A stretch of 64,000 bases of DNA from contig OZ244239.1 in NCBI GenBank assembly GCA_965217115.1, positions 128,001-192,000 of the forward strand, given 5' to 3'. Numbering within the stretch: position 1 is the stretch's first letter; each line of letters begins with the position of its first letter. A model generated the notes under the pieces. The model did not search any database and was not told the DNA's origin. It saw nothing but the letters and a program-made list of their open reading frames with translations. The position numbers were made by a program, and so were the translations under genes. The DNA comes from Bdellovibrionales bacterium. Lineage in GTDB: Bacteria; Bdellovibrionota; Bdellovibrionia; Bdellovibrionales; CAYMLA01. Of the stretch, positions 59,699-64,000 are shown one piece after another.

Positions 59699-60250
59699 CT
59701 AACGGGTCACCTTGTATCTATTAATGCTCTTATATCTGATCCCCATTAAATCTGCCACTGGAACAGGTTCATAGCACATCTCATGTATCCCCCCTGAAAT
59801 AACTCCCATCCGAACAGGGGTATCTACATGGGGGGAACCAGGAGTTCCAGTTCTTTTATAAACGACAACTCCATGCTCATTTCCAAAGTCACAGTAATCA
59901 TCACCCAGTTGAATAGGAGCAAAGTAATAGTGCTCATTTCCTAGTTTAAAAACTAAGACCTGTGCATTATTGTCAAAGGTAATACCCTCACACTTTGATT
60001 CCCAAGAATCACCACTCCAAAAACTGGAAAAGGGACCATTGGAGTAATCCGTCTCAAAAGTTTTAACTCGGCTTATGCAGTCACTGGACAGAGAAACGGC
60101 TTGACGGAAAAGCTTCTTAGCCTCCTGTGTTTCATCCACCTTCTCAATGGATTTTAAGTCGCTTGAAACATTGTCATAAAAGCTCTTCGAAGAAGCCTGA
60201 GAACTAAAAGGCATTAAAAATAAGATGGGCATCATAAATAGTTTTTTCAT
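59699..60250 (-). CDS. Hypothetical secreted protein
   Basis: Signal peptide (…SQA-SS); four Cys residues. Confidence 0.7.
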   Translation of the reverse strand: MKKLFMMPILFLMPFSSQASSKSFYDNVSSDLKSIEKVDETQEAKKLFRQAVSLSSDCISRVKTFETDYSNGPFSSFWSGDSWESKCEGITFDNNAQVLVFKLGNEHYYFAPIQLGDDYCDFGNEHGVVVYKRTGTPGSPHVDTPVRMGVISGGIHEMCYEPVPVADLMGIRYKSINRYKVTR

Positions 60251-60618
60251 ATCGTCCTTCCCGTGGGTTTGTTTTTGGATCTCATACTAGATTTTTGAAT
60301 AACTGTACATCCATTCAAGGGAAAAACCTGAAAATAGAGGGCCAGTGTATTTTTTTTAAATGGGAGGCTGTGAGATTTACGGGAGGCCCCTCTTAGCTGC
60401 ACCGCATTTTCCTGTTATTTATCACTATAATCACCATCGTCTCTAGCTTGTTATCCATTCAGAACCACCACAGATACTATGGGATTAAAGGGATAAGTTT
60501 GACTTTAGTAAATTTTATAATGTATAAACAACAGGAGCTTTTGACTTAGAGACTCTGCCCATATGCAGAGAACCAGTCAGGCATAGTGTTGTAACCTTCT
60601 CTATCATGGAGTAATGCT

Positions 60619-61341
60619 GTGATTGTTTCAGGTATAGTCCTGCTTATCCTTATCATTCTTTTTTATCTAGATTTTCGCTTGCCTGCCTATAAGCGCGCAT
60701 TGTTTATGAAAAAATATAGAAATCGTAATATCGCCTATGGAATAACTTCTATCTTGGTCGTATCGACACTACAGATAATAAATCAGTATCTAGACGGAGT
60801 CATCCCAAGACTTTCTCCCCTCAGTGACTACTTCTTATTGGATTTAGTAATTTGCTTTTTACTTGCAGAGTTAATTAACTGGGTCGCACATTATATAAAG
60901 CACAAGAGTAACTTTTTTTGGAAATTTCATTTTCAACACCATATTAGCCCTAACTACACTGTATTACTAACGACCCACACTCATTTCCTAGATGTTCTTC
61001 TCATTGGTTCTTTGACGAGCGTTCTATTACAACTCATTGGCGCTTCAGAGCTGAGTATTGGTATTTATTTAAAGTTTTATTTAGTATTTAATATTTATCA
61101 ACACACTAATCGGCCTTTATCTTTAGGCTTCTTAGATAGATTTATTATCTCCCCCGCCTATCACAAATTACACCACGCCAAAGACGGTGATTGTAATTAT
61201 GGCTCTACTTTAACTGTATGGGATGTAATTTTTAATAAAGCACGCTGGCCTAAAGCAACAGATGAAGATTATGAAACGGGTATCGTTAGGGATCAAGAAC
61301 CATTTTCTTATGTTAAAGAGATGCTTTATTTTTTAAAGTAG
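60619..61341 (+). CDS. Sterol desaturase / fatty-acid hydroxylase family protein
   Basis: His boxes HYIKH, HFQHH, YQH, HKLHH; NYG....WD.IF. Confidence 0.9.
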   Translation: MIVSGIVLLILIILFYLDFRLPAYKRALFMKKYRNRNIAYGITSILVVSTLQIINQYLDGVIPRLSPLSDYFLLDLVICFLLAELINWVAHYIKHKSNFFWKFHFQHHISPNYTVLLTTHTHFLDVLLIGSLTSVLLQLIGASELSIGIYLKFYLVFNIYQHTNRPLSLGFLDRFIISPAYHKLHHAKDGDCNYGSTLTVWDVIFNKARWPKATDEDYETGIVRDQEPFSYVKEMLYFLK

Positions 61342-61403
61342 GATCAATTAATTGACCCTGAGCATGGGATACTCTCCCCATTCCTTTCAAATCAGGAGAT
61401 AAA

Positions 61404-62558
61404 ATTCCAAGTTTAATTAAATTTAATGACTTTCTAAAAAAATACCCATCTATCAAGATAGCCACTCCAGAAGATAATGAGCGTCTCTTAGCTTTTTGTA
61501 GCACAAAGGATATGAGCAAAAAAGATTTAGCTATAGGCTTTGATAGGGGAAGAGACTATTTCGGTTTTTTAAAGTTCCATTCAGAAAAAACATTAGTCTT
61601 ATATATAGAGAGAGATAATAATATTCTGGGAATGGGTGCATTCATTTTTAGAGACGGCAGAATAAACTCAGAACAAGTCTCTCTTGGTTATTCTGGAGAT
61701 CTTCGAGTAAAATTTGATAGAAGGGCTGCCGTTTTATGGAGAAGGTTTTATTCAGATTTCTTAAAAAATATCCATAGGTTTGAAGAGTATAGTCATTGCA
61801 AGTATTTTTTAACTGCAATTATGAATGGTAATAATAAAGCTACACAGGCGTTAGTGAACAATGCTAGATCTTCTTACTCCTATGAACATCAAGCTGATTT
61901 TAATATGGTCAATATTTTCTTAAAAAAGCCATTTAAGAGAAGACAAAATACAGAAATGAAAGCTTTAAGAGCCAGAGATGAAGATAAAGACTTAATTATG
62001 AACTTTTTAGAGAGGGAGCATAAAAAGAAAAAATTTGGTTTCTGTTTTAACTCTAATTATAATGAATTAGAATATAGACTGAAGAACTGGGAAGGTTTCT
62101 CTATGGAAGACTTCGTAATAGTTAAAAAGAACAATCTTATCGTAGGAGTCACAGCCCCATGGTCCCCTAGCCCGCATAAAAAAATAATTCTAAAAGAGCT
62201 TAATTTCTTTCAACGGAATTTAATTAGATTTTTGGCCCTTTTTATTAATATTCCTAGAGAAGGGGAAGAGTTTTTAGTCCAGTATTTAACATTGTTAACT
62301 ATAGAAAACGATCTGCCTGTAGAGGAGAAAAAGAAGGCCTTAAATCTAATGGTCACCGATGTTTCGGAGAGAGCCGAGCATAAGAAGTATCACGCCCTCT
62401 GCTATTTAGATTTCTGCACGGAAGCACCCCTAGTTTCTGGTTTGAATGACTTTTTTCTATCGAAGATAAAATTTAATTTATACCAAGCTTCTGATAAGGA
62501 CTTCATTGCTGGTTCTGATAAAAACAAGAACATAGCCTTTGAAATAGCTTTAGCGTAA
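61404..62558 (+). CDS. Tandem GNAT-like acyltransferase; probable non-canonical ATT start at 61404 (track start 61512)
   Basis: Upstream in-frame IKIATPEDNERLL, GYSGDLRV, second lobe LRARDEDKDLI; AGGAG 5 nt before the ATT. Confidence 0.6.
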   Translation: MPSLIKFNDFLKKYPSIKIATPEDNERLLAFCSTKDMSKKDLAIGFDRGRDYFGFLKFHSEKTLVLYIERDNNILGMGAFIFRDGRINSEQVSLGYSGDLRVKFDRRAAVLWRRFYSDFLKNIHRFEEYSHCKYFLTAIMNGNNKATQALVNNARSSYSYEHQADFNMVNIFLKKPFKRRQNTEMKALRARDEDKDLIMNFLEREHKKKKFGFCFNSNYNELEYRLKNWEGFSMEDFVIVKKNNLIVGVTAPWSPSPHKKIILKELNFFQRNLIRFLALFINIPREGEEFLVQYLTLLTIENDLPVEEKKKALNLMVTDVSERAEHKKYHALCYLDFCTEAPLVSGLNDFFLSKIKFNLYQASDKDFIAGSDKNKNIAFEIALA

Positions 62559-62769
62559 GATGTCTCTGGCGAGTCCCCCCCTCTTTGTAGAATTTGAAAT
62601 GCCGCATCAATTGAATCTTCTAGAGGCTCAAGCACAGGAGGGGCCCAGTATTCAAGTAAATTTAGACGTTGACCAAAATCTTCGATTAAAATAAATTACC
62701 CCCAGAAATGGCGTTAAAAATCATGGGGATTTGATAAAATATCTAATGATGCTGAGGGGAAGCCATAGA

Positions 62770-63777
62770 ATGACCACGACCACCTTTAATAAGGATTTCT
62801 GGTATGTTGCTCTAAGAGAGCGGGATCTAAAGAAAAAGCCTAAAGCTATTAAAATATTAGGTGTTAACCTTGTTCTCTATAGATTAGGTACTCAGATATA
62901 TGCCTTAGAAGACCTATGCCCCCATAAAAAGGCCCCTCTCTCATTAGGGAAAGTTAAAAATAATAGGCTCACCTGTGCCTATCATGGGTGGGAATTCAAT
63001 CACGTCGGCGAGTTGGTTAATATTCCAAGTCAGGAAAGGGTTTTTAAATGTAAGATAAAAAACTATCAAGTTGAGGTTCGTTCTGATCTCATCTGGATTT
63101 TTATGAATCCTAACATAACCCCAGTGGCAAACCAGAATGCTTTTGAAGTTAAGAAGGGCTATTCTTCAAATATTTTTGTGAATAAAATACGTGCATCATC
63201 AAAATTAATCCTAGAGAACGCATTTGATTGTACTCACACCTCACATTTACATGATGGCCTGTTTCGTTTGAGTAGAACTTTAAATAAAGTTAAGAGTAAA
63301 ATCCTAACAACTCCAAAGGGAATTAGTGTAGAAACCTTTGAAACCAAAAATATTAAATCTCTTTCAATGTTTCTTTTAGGGACAGGAGAAATGAAGCATA
63401 TTGATGCTTATCATGCTCCCTCTACTGTAAGGGTCGATTATTGGAAAGGCTTGTTTCATAATGTAACTGTATTACACACAACACCTATTGATGAAAATGA
63501 AACTATGGCTTTTACTCGGATGGATATAAAAGCTCCTCTAGGGCTTTCAGTTCTGTTAAACTTTTTTTTAAAAGTTCTCGTCTCCATAGTTATTAAACAA
63601 GATAAAAAAATTCTTGAGGCTCAGGCAAAATGCATTCGAGAAGATGGACTGATGAATTTTATCAGTGTTGAAGGAGACTTAGCATCAAATGTTTTCTTAA
63701 AAAAATATGATGAGATTCATCAGAAAAAGAAGAGTCGTCGTACTGAGCTTTCTAGAGAAGCTCAATTTTATATGTAG
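62770..63777 (+). CDS. Rieske non-heme iron oxygenase (VanA/KshA-like)
   Basis: CPHK.APLS.G and CAYHGW (Rieske site); ENAFDCTHTSHLH and QD (mononuclear Fe site); start ATG 62770 or TTG 62731. Confidence 0.92.
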   Translation: MTTTTFNKDFWYVALRERDLKKKPKAIKILGVNLVLYRLGTQIYALEDLCPHKKAPLSLGKVKNNRLTCAYHGWEFNHVGELVNIPSQERVFKCKIKNYQVEVRSDLIWIFMNPNITPVANQNAFEVKKGYSSNIFVNKIRASSKLILENAFDCTHTSHLHDGLFRLSRTLNKVKSKILTTPKGISVETFETKNIKSLSMFLLGTGEMKHIDAYHAPSTVRVDYWKGLFHNVTVLHTTPIDENETMAFTRMDIKAPLGLSVLLNFFLKVLVSIVIKQDKKILEAQAKCIREDGLMNFISVEGDLASNVFLKKYDEIHQKKKSRRTELSREAQFYM

Positions 63778-63805
63778 ATAGAGAGAAAAAAAGGGGGGGT
63801 AAAGC

Positions 63806-64000
63806 ATGAGTCAATCCAAAATGGTCGTTGCTGTATTCAAAGAAAATCAATTATCTGATGAGTTAAAAGAGCAGATGTGGCAGTTATATGTGGAGAACTA
63901 CAACGATGTGACTCGCCAAGAATTTGAAAAAGACTTAAAAAAGAAAAATAAGCTCTTCATTGGTTGTGATAAACATACAAAAGAATTCGCTGGGTTTAGC
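63806..64000 (+). CDS. Partial hypothetical protein (GNAT-like N-terminus), runs off the window
   Basis: Manual translation MSQSKMVVAVFKENQLSDELKEQMWQLYVENYNDVTRQEFEKDLKKKNKLFIGCDKHTKEFAGFS, no stop codon. Confidence 0.75.
   Translation, partial: MSQSKMVVAVFKENQLSDELKEQMWQLYVENYNDVTRQEFEKDLKKKNKLFIGCDKHTKEFAGFS

Overview
This is an AT-rich bacterial chromosomal segment. Its gene content suggests Bdellovibrionota (inference): GlnRS, an Lgt with a large insertion, a stand-alone S4, and many orphan secreted proteins, lipoproteins and hydrolases. Most of it is housekeeping: tamB (partial, missed by the ORF track), lgt, hisS, rmuC, csp, ung, glnS, lplA, a Dpp/Opp ABC operon, sohB, fadE, rpsD, lysS, pyk, a SpoIID/LytB protein, fadD, an Nfu protein, and tRNA-Glu, -Lys and -Val. 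Four features stand out. (1) There are three copies of a non-coding MITE-like element (5007-5374, 13311-13832, 51785-52084). It has GGTTCTTT...AAAGAATC termini, exact 8-bp target-site duplications on two copies, and different internal deletions. All copies keep a ~150-nt hairpin whose stem substitutions all preserve pairing on one strand, which suggests a mobile structured RNA or ssDNA cargo. (2) A ~195-nt multi-hairpin leader with strand-specific G-U pairs lies in front of a stand-alone S4 gene that lacks the Zn-ribbon cysteines. (3) A ~1630-aa lipoprotein with ~350-aa internal repeats is coupled to a predicted outer-membrane beta-barrel. (4) An AT-rich desaturase/GNAT-like/Rieske cluster runs off the right edge, and its GNAT-like gene probably starts at ATT. 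No CRISPR array, transposase, integrase or prophage is visible.
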